From Haplodiscus bocki (taxonomy: Eukaryota): a DNA stretch of 64,000 nt. Every line of letters starts with the position of its first letter. Position 1 is the stretch's first letter. Under the pieces are notes generated by a model that worked only from the letters and a program-made list of their open reading frames with translations, made no database searches and had not been told where the DNA came from. Shown piece by piece: positions 12,717-24,239 of this stretch. The translations under genes and the position numbers were made by a program. The DNA is taken from positions 89,590,001 through 89,654,000 of the forward strand of contig OZ296648.1 of NCBI GenBank assembly GCA_965655095.1, in the 5' to 3' direction.

Positions 12717-13947
12717 TGGCGACAGGAGCCACAGAACAGATTTGTAATCGCCACGACATGACAAGAGTTCACAAGGAAGTCACATACTGCTCCCCGTGTA
12801 CATCTTCAGAAAAGCAGAAACAGAACCGTTCTACCAGTCAACCGCAATTCCGCAGCCAGAACACCCCTGCGACGATCGAGGCAGACCAAATTTTGTTGGC
12901 CCTTCAGCAGTTGGCAAATAACCACAACTCTGCGAACTTTCATAATAACATCAACAGAACTTCCAAACTGCCAAAATCACTCACCACAACGATGCCCACG
13001 TTTGACGGGAAATCGGAGAAATTTGAGCTGTTTGAAGATCTATTCCAAACGCGCGTCAAACTTCATAATCAGCTGACTGAAGATGACAGAATCAATTACT
13101 TCCAATCTCTCATGAAGGGGGGTGCGCTACAAACCTTTAAAAACATTAATGGCCCCACCCGAGAGATTTTGGGAGAAATTCTAGCAGTTTTCCGAAGGAA
13201 TTATGTAAAACCCCAATCGATGGCAACAGCGAAGCACAAATTCCAGAAACTCGTCTTCAACCCAGCAAATCAAATTTAGTAGATTTTCTCGATGAACTTC
13301 AAAAACTGGCCAAAGACGCATTGGGAATAGCTGCCCATGCCATCGTTGAACAAATCATTTGTGCCAAAATGCCACCACACCTGAAGAAATCAATACATCA
13401 GACTCACTTCGAGAATGGCGCATATGAACAGATTGTTACGCACTTGGAAAGGGAACTAGAGCCGAACAAATTGTAAGCACCTGATGAGCTACAGATAAAC
13501 ACTGTAAGCCGACAACTGACAAACGTGAATGCTGACAGACCCAAACCAACGTGCCACCACTGTGAAAAACCAGGGCATTTTAGAAATCAGTGTCACCTGT
13601 TGAAAAAACAGCGAGAACGAACTGAAATTAATCAAAATAATCCTTGAAACAAAAACACTGACGCCAATAACTCTAACCCAAACAGCAACGTCAACAATAT
13701 TAAAAATAACCACAACAACTACAAAAACAGTAAAATAACTGAAAAGAAGCCACAAACTGTTTAAACACCCTGCGAGACAAGTGGCAAAACGAACCACTCC
13801 GCAGACAGATGTTATGTTGGAGCCAATGCAGCAAACAGGCCACTTTCCTGGAGGAACAAACCGGAAGGACAGAGTGGACATCATCAACAGGACGCACAGA
13901 ACAGTATAACTGGTTGTGTCCTGGCCACAGCCCAACATCTCAACTAA
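12316..13947 (+). pseudogene. gag: Gypsy gag pseudogene (capsid-like region + two zinc knuckles)
   Basis: ATG at 12316 (MTTRNKRKLAALNKENCEEHPRSNLAQN), frameshifts near 12400 and 13275, and in-frame stops. Retrotransposon gag motif MPTFDGKSEKFELFEDLF; CHHCEKPGHFRNQC at ~13552-13593; second degenerate knuckle CETSGKTNHSADRC at ~13771-13812; TAA at 13945-13947. Confidence 0.88.
12717..12728 (+). promoter_or_regulatory. Primer binding site (TGGCGACAGGAG), tRNA-Leu-like
   Basis: Starts with TGG (complement of tRNA CCA) directly after the LTR-terminal CA. It resembles the Leu-type PBS TGGTGTCAGGAG; the tRNA identity is inferred. Confidence 0.65.
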
Positions 13948-13949
13948 AA

Positions 13950-14463
13950 ATGCCACATCTTCACTCCGGAACTGTGAGTGACAGACCGCAGACCATCAGA
14001 AGAAAATTCCAGCAATCCCAGTTGTTGTCTGGCAGCAACTTCTGGTGACATCCGTGGAAATTTAAATTAGATAATATATAACGACTCCACTGCAGAAACT
14101 GACTAAAACACGCATTGGCGTGAACTAAAACAGAGAGATGATGTAGAATCACAAACGTCGCCATTAAAAAGAATCTCACTTCAGAATCCGGAACCGCTAC
14201 GGAATAGTTCCGACAAAATCAAACCAGGAGCAAACCAGTACTGTGCCTCAATTACTCCCAGAACAGTCAAAACGAAACCCTAGAAACGAATGACGATATC
14301 ACAGCTGACATGTGGAGATGGCAATTTACCCTCTCACAATACGAACTTCACTATTTGGGGGAAGCTTAAGAGAGACGAAGGATGAACGACTTCTATTTGC
14401 CACTGTCTTCTATTCAAGTTCTTCAAAACTGTAAGTGCCTCTGGATTTCGAAAAAAGATTGAT
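13950..14463 (+). pseudogene. Degenerate 5' stub of pol, ending before the protease catalytic motif
   Basis: Broken frames give MNDFYLPLSSIQVL...VPLDFEK at ~14380-14455 in the position expected just upstream of the aspartic protease. No D(S/T)G, RT or IN follows in this copy. Confidence 0.45.
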
Positions 14464-15189
14464 GAGACAGTCTATTTGAATGGTAGTATACAAGACACAA
14501 AAGAAGAATTTTGCACAGAAAGTCTTCATAAAAAGAAGGGATAGATGACGGAATGGACACGGATCATAATACTAGCTACACACAGGACACAAATTCGGAC
14601 CTTTATAAACATAAATCGATCAACCCTCGTAAGCGCAAAAAATGATCGACGTCATTCCCTGAAGCTGAATTGCAACAACAATCACAGACATCGATTTTTT
14701 GAAGCTGTCTTAGTATGTTCCATGAATCGGATACGTACACTTTCCGGAAATCCTGGGAGAAACTTGCGGAACTGATACGGAGCAAATACGTACATTTCCC
14801 TCGAAACTCCCAACATATCTTCTTGAACAAATACGGAGTATCAACTTCTGATTTCTGATATTTTTTGGCTATTGCACATACTGAAATTCCCATACTTCAA
14901 CAACACTTTCCTAATGCACCCTAGTATGCTCTACGGAGCATCTTCGGAGACGACTCCGAGAACTCCCCATATTTTGATTCCGGAAGCAATACGGAATACC
15001 TACAAGTTATGTTTAGTACCTTGAGGATACTCCTTGGCACCAAACGTTGCGACGAAACATCTGAAAGACGGGAGTGAGCAGGCAGCAGACGAATCGTGAG
15101 AACTCTGCAAAAGCGCAATAATTGTAGTGCAGCTTCGCGTCATCGATCTCCAAATTTTGTGACTGATTAAAATGCAAAGAGTCAAATGG

Positions 15190-16270
15190 AAACCAGGATG
15201 AAACTAGGAGCGAGATGGAGTATTCCCTAGTCTGCCCCGAGAAGGCCGGACCAAATGAGGAGTAAACAGGGAGTACTCCTAGAAATCTCCCAGATCCTCC
15301 GGGCTCAACCAGGCAGAATGAGGAACAGACTAGGAACTCTATTGGAAATTTCCTAGTTTCCATGAGCCTACGAGGACGAATGAGGAGTAATACGGAACAT
15401 TTACTAGTTTTTCCTAAAGACTACCCAACAAGGAGCAAACGAGGAGTGATACGGACAGTTTCCTAGTTTTCCCTGGGATGGCCAAATGAGGACCAAACAA
15501 GGAGTGATACGGAGAATCTCCTAGTGTGTCGCCAGATAATGAAGAATGAACTAGAGAAGGAATGCTACTAGAAGTTTCCAAGTTCACCCCAGATTTATCA
15601 GGAGAAATGAAGAACAAACTAGGAACACTACTACAAGTTTCCTAGTTCGTACCCACCCACCACGTCCAACGCAGAATTAACTGTGAGTGCTACGGAATTA
15701 TCCCAGTTTCCCATGAAGTACCGAAGACATAACATAAATAACGTAAAGCTGGGAATGATACGGATACTTCATAGTTTATCCAATATACCATTGACGGAGG
15801 ACTACGGGAGAATGATTCAAGAAAATTCCTATTTTGCCCGGGAACTGCCACCCTAGACCAAGGAGAAACTAGGACCAATACAGAACAATTCCTAGTGTTA
15901 CCCGGGACTACCAATCTAAACCAAGAAAAACTAGGAGTGATACGGAAACTTTCCTAGTTTGCCCGGAAACTTCCAACTGAATGAAGAAGAAACTAGGAGT
16001 GATCCGGATACTTTCCTAGTTTTCCCCCTGACGACGCCCGACCAAATGAGGAATCAAATAGGAGTACTCCTGGAAGTTTCCCAGCACACGCCGGGGTTAT
16101 CCCGACAAAATGAGGAAAGACTAGGAACGCTTCTAGAAATATCCTAGTTTCCATGGATTAGTGACGATAAACAGAAAAGGAGTACGGAGTACTACCGGAA
16201 ACCCCCAAATTTGATCAGTACCAAAATTAGGGAAAAAATAGTATGGAAACTAGACTCCTCCCAGTATTGC
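15190..16270 (+). repeat. Degenerate tandem array (~55-63 bp unit, consensus like AATGAGGAG-AAACTAGGAGTGATACGGA-TTTCCTAGTTT) with ~170-bp higher-order duplication
   Basis: TCCTAG anchors at ~15351, 15461, 15519, 15640, 15890, 15952, 16014 and 16143. The block 15200-15365 aligns with 15990-16155. Confidence 0.8.
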
Positions 16271-17010
16271 ACGAAAATTACCGAAGCAGACACTTTTTAA
16301 ACACGAGCTGGTGCCCGGTGACATTTGTGCTCGTAGAAGCTGGATCTGCAGTAAACTGGTTTATAACACGAAAACAAGGTGCAATGAGAATCAAAAGAGG
16401 AACCATACTGGAAATCTCCACAAAGAAGCCAAAGCATTACCCTCATCAAAAGTCCGCCCCAACAAGGTGCAGGTCCGATCAACACTGGAACAAAGGGGAT
16501 CCTTCTCGGCAATCACGGCTGTCGGAAAGAGGAGTCAAATGTCTCCTCAGAATCTCCCTCTTCAGTCGAATCTTGGTCTCGATCTCAACCCCAGTTGAAA
16601 ATTTCTCCTGGCCAGATCTCACAAGCCTGTCCTCAGTAGCACCTAGACATAAAGACGTTGCTAAAGCATGAATGCATAACAACGGAGAAATTGAATTATA
16701 TGTGATGAACATTAACTCTCAAGGATATCCATGAGGCCGCCTTGCCTGGAAGCTCTCTTCCGCACTTCATCTTCAGAGGTTGCCCCACCAACTTCAAGTT
16801 CCGATCCACACGCTTCAGTAAAAACTGCCCGGGAACACTCTGGAGGACCAGCAGGCTCTCCAGATGAATCATACACCGAAATCCAACAACCTCATGATGC
16901 CATATTCAGGATATAGTGCGCACGGAAATAACTAGCTTAAAAAAAATTTCATAGTGGCCAATATGTAAAATCTACCAACGAAAGCTAAAGCAGAGTGAAG
17001 ATGAGAATAA

Positions 17011-17836
17011 AAAAAACTTAAACAAGGGAAGACCAGAAGTATCAAGAACCCCGCCTAAGTTTTTCAAGAAAGCATAGCTCACGGACTCTCTGAAGGTGAA
17101 CCCCTCAGATTCCACATCACTATGCACCGGGGTACTGCTCCAAACTACGTCCACATGTTCATCCGCTTCATCAGCAGTGATAGCGGCACATTCTCCAGGC
17201 ATGGGACGTTTACCCCAAGCCTTGATAAAGTCTCTGCAAACGACAGACGACTGTACGCCCAAATCGACAGCAACGCATGCATTTTCAAGACGGACTTACT
17301 TCAGATTCTCCAACCTCGACTTTTCCGCACTTCTCTGCACACTTCCCAACCGGGACATAAAGGAGATTACCGAAAATTCTTTCTCGCCAGCTCCACCAAC
17401 CTGAGTGACGAACTCACCCTGAGATGAGCCGACATCTTCTACAACCACAACACTCTCCTCCGTTCTGACTGATAAAACTTTCCTCTCGTTCAAATTGAAG
17501 CACGTGGTTATCAGACTATCAAGCTATTACATGGCTTAATTACATACCTTATACTATACCCTATTTTTTTGATGAACTTGTCTGCCAGCAAAATCATCAG
17601 CATAACATTTCAAGGATACGTTGAGGAATGGAACTCAAAATTTCCCCATTTCAACTTTTCCATTCCTTGTCTTGTTTAGACGCTAATATCTTTTACATGA
17701 CACGTACATCAGCTCTGACGGATTAGGACCGTCCATTTTCTGTCGAAAGATAGAAAAAGCGCGTCCTATGATGGAAGAGGTGGATGGAAAAGTTGTTTGT
17801 TTCCCGCCAGAGTCGGCATTTCTGAATTTGATGTAA
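17011..17836 (+). pseudogene. Unknown accessory ORF of the family A element (degenerate)
   Basis: One frame runs 17059-17676 with only three internal stops (17425, 17470, 17473) and includes track ORF 17122-17427. A +1 shift leads into YLLHDTYISSDGLGPSIFCRKIEKARPMMEEVDGKVVCFPPESAFLNLM*. Confidence 0.55.
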
Positions 17837-17942
17837 TGATGTACGAAGTACTTTTCCCTATTTGTACCTTGACTTGGCGGATAAACATTTATGTTTGGGG
17901 CCAGGAAAAGGTATAAATAGGAGAAATGAATGGAGACACAAT
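17713..17942 (+). repeat. Near-identical direct copy of LTR segment 11925-12167 (coding segment + TATA)
   Basis: About 230 bp match starting CTCTGACGGATTAGGACC, with a few substitutions and two small deletions; TATAAATAG at 17912-17920. Confidence 0.92.
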
Positions 17943-18039
17943 CCACATTATTGACTTGACTTGTGCAGCAATAAAGATCAAGGTTGACAGTGTCAATAAG
18001 TTTGCAAAATCTAATACACCTATATTTAATGAGCGTGAC

Positions 18040-19925
18040 ATAAAAAGTGAATTTTTGACTTTTGTTCCGTATAATTTTCGTCATAACCTACCTGGTGACG
18101 TCGGAAGAAATTAAGCCAATCCACTTTGCTACTACACTGCGTCATTTTGGACGAAGACGGAACGGGTACATAGCCACCCTTTTGATTCTTCTTCGCAGCA
18201 CTGCTCGCCGCAGTGCTACAAGCGGCTACGTGGTCGTTCCGGAACGCTTCGGCCAAATAAAGGAACAAGATATTAAAAATGAGGAATGGAGGAGGAAACA
18301 GCCTAGTTTTCATCCCAGCAGTGAATATAATCGATGCATTATGTGAGAACATGTAAACATGAACTTCTCCCCTCATTTTTTGTCTTTAATTTTTTTTTGT
18401 ATTTAAAGTATTCTCAGTATATTTGGCGCCTTTTTAAATAATTTCCTTTTATGGAAAATCTTTCTTATCTTTTTTTCAAGATAATATTCATTGTTTCCAT
18501 TTTAATGTCCGTTTTTGATGGAGTACACCCGTGCATTTTCTGCCAAAAAGTCTATGAAGGTCTATGAAAGAAGAAATCGGTTGAAAGCTGTTCTTTTTCC
18601 TCCAGAGTTGGCATTTTGCCTTTATAGATAACATGAATAAAGTGCTTTGCCCTATTTGCACAATGAATTGGCGTGTAAACAATTATGTTTCCCGCCAAGG
18701 AAAGTTATAAATAGGAGAAACTAAAGTACAATTGGGATTATATAGATTGTAGCCTGCTGGTTTTGTACCTTTTTTAAATTATCGCCTGTTTGCCTTTATT
18801 GAAACCTTTTTCCCTCATAATAGGAGGAGATCATCACTTTGGATTATAAAAATAAAAACTTCAATTCAGTCTTCACTGCTGGCCGAGTTTTTCCCTCAGT
18901 CGCATGGCAACTTTGAGGAAAAGGAGGGAATTAGCAGCAGTCTCGAGAGAAACACCCGAGATTACCAGGAATATTCAGTCACAGAATACGCTCAATCCGG
19001 GGACGGCTGAAGAGTACGTCACTCAGTTTTCTGAAGAAATTGAAAGGAGGTTCACTAAAAATCTTTTCCAAGAATTCAGCCGGACGGAGTCACGCATTTT
19101 GGGTGCTTTGTCTAAACTCGATGAATTTCTTCTGAACCCACAAGTTCGGACTTGTTTCAGAGCTGTTCCCCGAATATCCAGGAACAAAGACTAAAAAAAC
19201 CGGGAACCCTTTGGGATCGTTCTTTAAACGACCCATGTCCCGAAACGGTGCTCTCTGTCTGTCATACCATTAAGCTAAAAGATTCAGACCAGGAAGAGAC
19301 ATATCACACATCCCTTTGATAATAGTGCAGAAACACAAAAACGTTGTTGGTTTTGACAAATCGTGAACAAGTTTGAAAATCCACAATCATCTCAAAGATG
19401 AATACAAAATGAGCTACTTCCACACTCTCAGGCGTGGTGATGGGCTGCAGACATTCAAAATTATCACCAGCCCCAACCGAGAGAATTTGGGAGAAGTTCT
19501 GACTGTGTTCCGTAGAAAATACGTGAAACCCCAGTGATTGGCTACGGCAAAACATAAATTTCAACGACTGGTCTTCAACCCAGCGAACCAGAAGTTAATC
19601 GATTTTTCGGACGAACTCCAGAAACTAGCGAAAGATGCATTCGGAATTGCCGCTCAGGCAATCATCGAGCAATTCATATATGCCAAAATGCCTCCACACC
19701 TGATAAGATCGAATATTCATGTGCATTTGGAGAAAGGCACAATTGAAAAGGTTGTGTCACATCTTGAAAATGAGTTGTAACTGAAGAGTTTGGAAACTCC
19801 AGATGAACTGCTGATAAAAAGTTTGACGCAAGAAGTCACACAACAAATTACAGAAAAACCCAAACCAACTTTTCACTACTGCAAAAATCCAGGTCACCAC
19901 CGAAACCAATGCCGCCAGCTCAAAC
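18040..19925 (+). mobile_element. Diverged family A-related Gypsy fragment (partial LTR + gag)
   Basis: 18060-18101 resembles LTR 11466-11508, and 18640-18733 matches the LTR promoter block (TATAAATAG 18707). Gag follows. Confidence 0.75.
18904..19925 (+). pseudogene. gag: Gypsy gag pseudogene, internally deleted and 3'-truncated
   Basis: MATLRKRRELAAVSRETPE...FSRTESRILGALSKLDEFL and ATAKHKFQRLVFNPANQKLIDF...AKMPPHL are homologous to the 12316 gag. The knuckle FHYCKNPGHHRNQC has lost its first Cys. A deletion near 19310-19370 removes the PBS region. Confidence 0.85.
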
Positions 19926-20999
19926 GTGAATTCAAAGTGTTTGGATTTGAAACTCCTGAAAGTTTGGATTTACCTCCTGCCACTAATTTTCTATCACCAG
20001 CTTCGCATCTAAGCAGGATTACGCTATATAGAAAAAGAATCAGTGTTGTTCGTTCGTATAGAATCTTGTTGATCTTGAAATTGAAAAACTGCTAGTTTGT
20101 TCATAGAATACTGATAGTCAAACACTCATTGCAAAGTTACATAACTGACAATGTGTAAAAATTGCTTCTGATGGTACTCATCATTCATATGTTCTACTGC
20201 AGTTTTACTAGATTGAATTTTCTTAACATACTTCACGAATCTTTGTTAAAAGAAAAACAATTTGGTGTTCATTCGATAAATAGCGCTTGGCTTAGTTACG
20301 TTTTTCGAAAAATAGATTTACGAGTTTCACAGACTGCATTAACGTTGCAGAAAGAGATGGGAAACGAAATCTCCTGTCATTAATATATCTTTTCTATGTC
20401 TTCAACTGATCTTGTAATCGACAATAATGTATGACCTTCAGTGAGAAGCATGATAAGTGATGTTATCAAACATAGAACCAAATATTTCGTTTTCTTTCTG
20501 TAAAATTGCTGACAAAATTTTTCCAGAAGTGTTTTCTTCTAAAATTAGTAGTTAAATCTTCATAAACAAAAGTTTGTTCGACAACGGTTCCTTCATTCGG
20601 TCATAACAAAACTATCTCGTTTTCATTTTTTCAAAAAATTTCAACACTTTTGTTTTTGTTTTCTCTAACCATTTTCCACTATTTCATCCCCTATTCTATC
20701 TTTCATTCTTTCAATTGCAGTTTCAATGCTTTAAATTAATTGATATACCCCAGTATGGAACATCTGTTCTCATTTATGCTCTTTCACTAGAGCTCAAGCA
20801 CTCTGAAATTAAGTTCATCCGGGACCTCATAGACGATAACTTTTCATATGGGCGATCAATGTTCAGTTAATCCATATGTCTTCTCATTGTAGAGCCTGAA
20901 CAACTTAATCCTATAGTTCTTTGGGTTGGAGTCACTTTGTGATTTTTAGTATTTTTAGTATCAGTTAAGGGAAAAACAGTAAGTTTTTGTGTTTTGTCT

Positions 21000-22110
21000 T
21001 CGTAATGAATTTGAATCTAACTTGCCGGCTTGATTTTTTGTTTCTGCGAAAAACACCCCGTTAATTATAAGAGAGTTTACCCAATGTTCATGGAAGCAGC
21101 AAAAGCTTAACCAAACTTAATATCAACATAAATTGGTTGTGAAGATGTGCAGACTTTTTGATTACAAGTTTGGGAGAATAGGACACTTCTTGCCTTTGCC
21201 ATCAGAATCATCTGAGAAAGCGAACTCGTATGGAAAGTTAAAAAGTTTGAATTTATCGTCTTCAGTAGTGTCTTCAGAGAAAGATGCTATCCCACAGTTA
21301 ATTTGTGGGTTTGAGTGTGAAATTGTGCCATCGGGACTTTTTTGAGTTTTTTTTTGTTTCATGGAACACCTTTTATAGTGAGGAGGTTGAGGAGGTCATT
21401 TTTTCGTTCTTGACAGTCGAAGGCACCTATTTGCTGGAATCCAACAATTGCATATATCGCCATTCTTTAACCAGATTCAACCCATAAGTCGAACAACCAA
21501 ATACTATTCGTGTTCAGGTTTTTTACAAACTTACGTTTTGGAATGTAATTCTTTCATTTTGGACTCGGCTCAGAAAATAGTCACTCAACAAGGATTGTTG
21601 TATCGGGCTTGGTGTATAATGTGGAACATACCAGGAAACATCGTTTATAACAATTTTGCCTTCTGCTTCTCCAAAATGAACAAGATAGTACTTGGTTGTT
21701 TTTGCATCTTTTCAAAGTTAAAAAATATGCTATTCCAGTGTAGTTTCTTCCTAATGTTCAGTGAAAACAATGAAGTCTTTGGAAGCTATTCCCACATGCA
21801 GTTTTCTAGTACCTGCTTTGTTAAAACCCATTATCTCTTTATGGTTTGTCTCCAGGGAATCCAATCGGTTTGAGAGATCACTTGACCTCCGCGAATAGGA
21901 TTACAGCCTGTATATTGAAGCTGTTAAGTTTTATCTATCAATGCTTCCTTATTGTTCCCTGTTACTAACTGTCGCTTTATGGTCACTGAGTACAACAACT
22001 GAACCCAAATTAACTATTCTTGTATTTGAAGCTTCTTCTAAATATTTGTCATCAGCTCTGCGAATCACAGCAAAATCAAATTGAACTTGACTGTTATTCA
22101 TTGAAAGCAC
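21000..22110 (-). pseudogene. Maverick/Polinton-type double jelly-roll major capsid protein pseudogene
   Basis: Manual minus-strand translation across stops and frameshifts: ...GIAYFLTLKR...AEGKIVINDVSWYVPHYTPSPIQQSLL (21607-21660)...IWLFDL...IYAIVGFQQ (21431-21457). This fits the Polinton MCP pattern GK(V/I)x(L/I)xxISWx(M/V)PH ... (I/V)VGFQ. Confidence 0.6.
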
Positions 22111-24239
22111 AAATTCTACTTCCAGTCAATCGAAAAAAAATTGTGATTTTTTAGTATTTATGAGAGCTAATGGAAACAAATATAGCGAAGAAAATCATAG
22201 TTCAGCATCCACGCGCTTGTTTTATAGTCTTCGTGGAGCTTACTTTTCTAAAATTTGGGTGTTTGTTTCATGATGTTAAATTGTTTTTCAAGTGAGATAC
22301 GTTTTCATCGTAAAAATTCTTCAACTATGGCAACAAAGTTTCTTTTTGATATCGGTATTTGTTTCATTTTTTCCCTTTTTTTTGCTGTAGTAGTAAAAGT
22401 AATCTGTCACAACGTTCATCTAGTGGTTCGGATGAGATTGCCGTTTTGAAAGCAAGGTCCGTGTTGAGAGCATGGAAACCAAAAGATTTTTTTCCAACAA
22501 ATTTCCTTTTTTCAGATGTCTCCAGTTGTTGTAATGGTATCACATGCAATTTTGTTTTCACAAAGAAGAAAACTTTTTGAAGACTGGGGAAGTATTGCAA
22601 AGTGTGAATTCAGCCACGCGAGTTGTCGATTGTTTTCAGTTTGAGAAACTCTTTGATTCTGATTGCAATATTCTTGTTTAGAACGTCCGAAGAACCAGTC
22701 TGTGTGTGACATTGGGTAGTTTTTGGTCAATCAAGGCTACTTTTTAACCTATTTGTAAAAAGATTGACTTGACCTTTTCTAAACTTTTGATCGCCAGAAA
22801 GTGGAGATAAATTAATATTTCACGGAAGAACTCTACTGAAACTTCAAACAAAGATCAACTCTTTTCGGTGAGCTGTCCCTGAACTAAGTGAATTTCAAAG
22901 GTCGAATCAAAAAGACCGAAATTTAGTCAAGTACTTTAGAAACCGGGAGTTTCAAAAAACTGATGTCGAAAAGTGTGATTTTCTCCCAACATTTGAATTA
23001 TGGTAGGAAAATCCATTGTTCGAAGCGTTGACATCAACCTCGTTCCTCACATTTACTTCCAAACTGATAATGTGCAGTGTTGAAAATATGAAAGTGTTTG
23101 ATGTTTGACAGTTTGTTTGTTTCCAAGCTATCAGAAATTTGCCGTAGAATGCGACTGAAAAAGTACGTTTTCTCAAAACATACGGAAAAGGGTTTTTCTG
23201 TGAAAGAAAATCGAAATTTTTTTAAATTCGGTAAAAATGACAAAATTTTGAAGAATGGGCAGCAGATGTTATTCTTCCTTACAAGATTTTTTTCCAAATA
23301 ATTCGAGTGTTGTTTGCAGAAATCAGAAAAAAATGCTTTTTTTGAGGATTAATTGAAGCTTGCTGGATTTTTTTTCTAAAACCGCTTTTATCCATCTAAA
23401 AGGTATTCTTAGTAAAACTAAGGAAAGGGGAACCTTTATGTTTGTGCTTGACAACTGTCGTTTGATATATATCTTGTAGGAAGCCTAGGAAGTGGCTTTT
23501 GAAAATTTTATCATTATATATTAAGTTGTACATGTGAACGCTGCATCAACCATTAATGTGGTGTCTTTTAACAATCTCTGCTGGTTTTTTGGAATCTGCA
23601 AGTTTAGCAGAGGAGTGACTCTTTTTACTATGATTAGCCAACAACTCTGAAACAAGTAGTTTGAGCAAACTGACATTTTACTTTTCCCTTCAAACGTTGT
23701 TGAGATTTCTTTTCAAGGAAGTAAACCTAACTTATCATCTTCTATAACTTTTTTTCTATAAAAATACGCTATTTAAAGTAAAAATGATATTGGAAACGAT
23801 TTTGGAAAACGTAGCACAACACTTATCGAATAAAATGAACTTTTTTCTTTCCAGGTTCCTAAGGGATATCTCTGTGCTGTGTTAGCTACGCCTTTAGATA
23901 GAAGCGAGATTGCAAAAGAGAGGAAATGATTTAATGATTTAATACCTCAGTCAATATTAAAATTATGCTTTTTTTGGAAAGTTCCGAAAAATTACCCAGG
24001 CGCAGAAAAGATTTCGGACAACCCTTTTCATCGCCAACACTGAAAGCTGTAGAAACGATTCCTTAAGGACTAGCAAATCTGGAGCTCCTGGATTAGATTT
24101 ACGCTCAAAAGTTTTGTTCTAGGAAGTCTCACCAGCTCACGCTGTTGTACAGCGTGAATATGAGTCATCTCAACAATCTTGTCTCATTGCGCCAAAATAT
24201 AGCGAAATTTCTTCCAGAAACTGTTTACAAAGTAACAGT

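Larger units (their letters stand above)
11114..17942 (+). mobile_element. Ty3/Gypsy LTR retrotransposon, family A, pol-deleted and degenerate (5' LTR - PBS - gag - pol stub - repeat array - accessory ORF - partial LTR copy)
   Basis: The 5' LTR is delimited by homology to the TSD-flanked solo LTR at 54496-56197. A TGG-initiated PBS and a gag with a CCHC knuckle follow. The 3' boundary is uncertain: no complete 3' LTR or TSD was found. Confidence 0.8.

Noticed and set aside
12489-13956. Antisense ORFs over gag (e.g. 13489-13956, 155 aa) and similar ones over pol
   Set aside because: Shadow frames of coding sequence with no independent motifs.
17011-17836. env gene
   Set aside because: One hydrophobic stretch is present, but there is no recognisable signal peptide, furin site/fusion peptide or Cys pattern; left as unknown accessory ORF.
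17713-17942. Split direct repeat of a DIRS/Ngaro element, or a complete short 3' LTR
   Set aside because: No tyrosine recombinase was seen. The TSD-defined LTR is 1.6-1.7 kb with TG...CA ends, and this piece lacks both termini, a PPT and a TSD.
20400-21000. Polinton packaging ATPase
   Set aside because: The GLSCSGST stretch only loosely resembles Walker A; no Walker B or RGRH motif was found.
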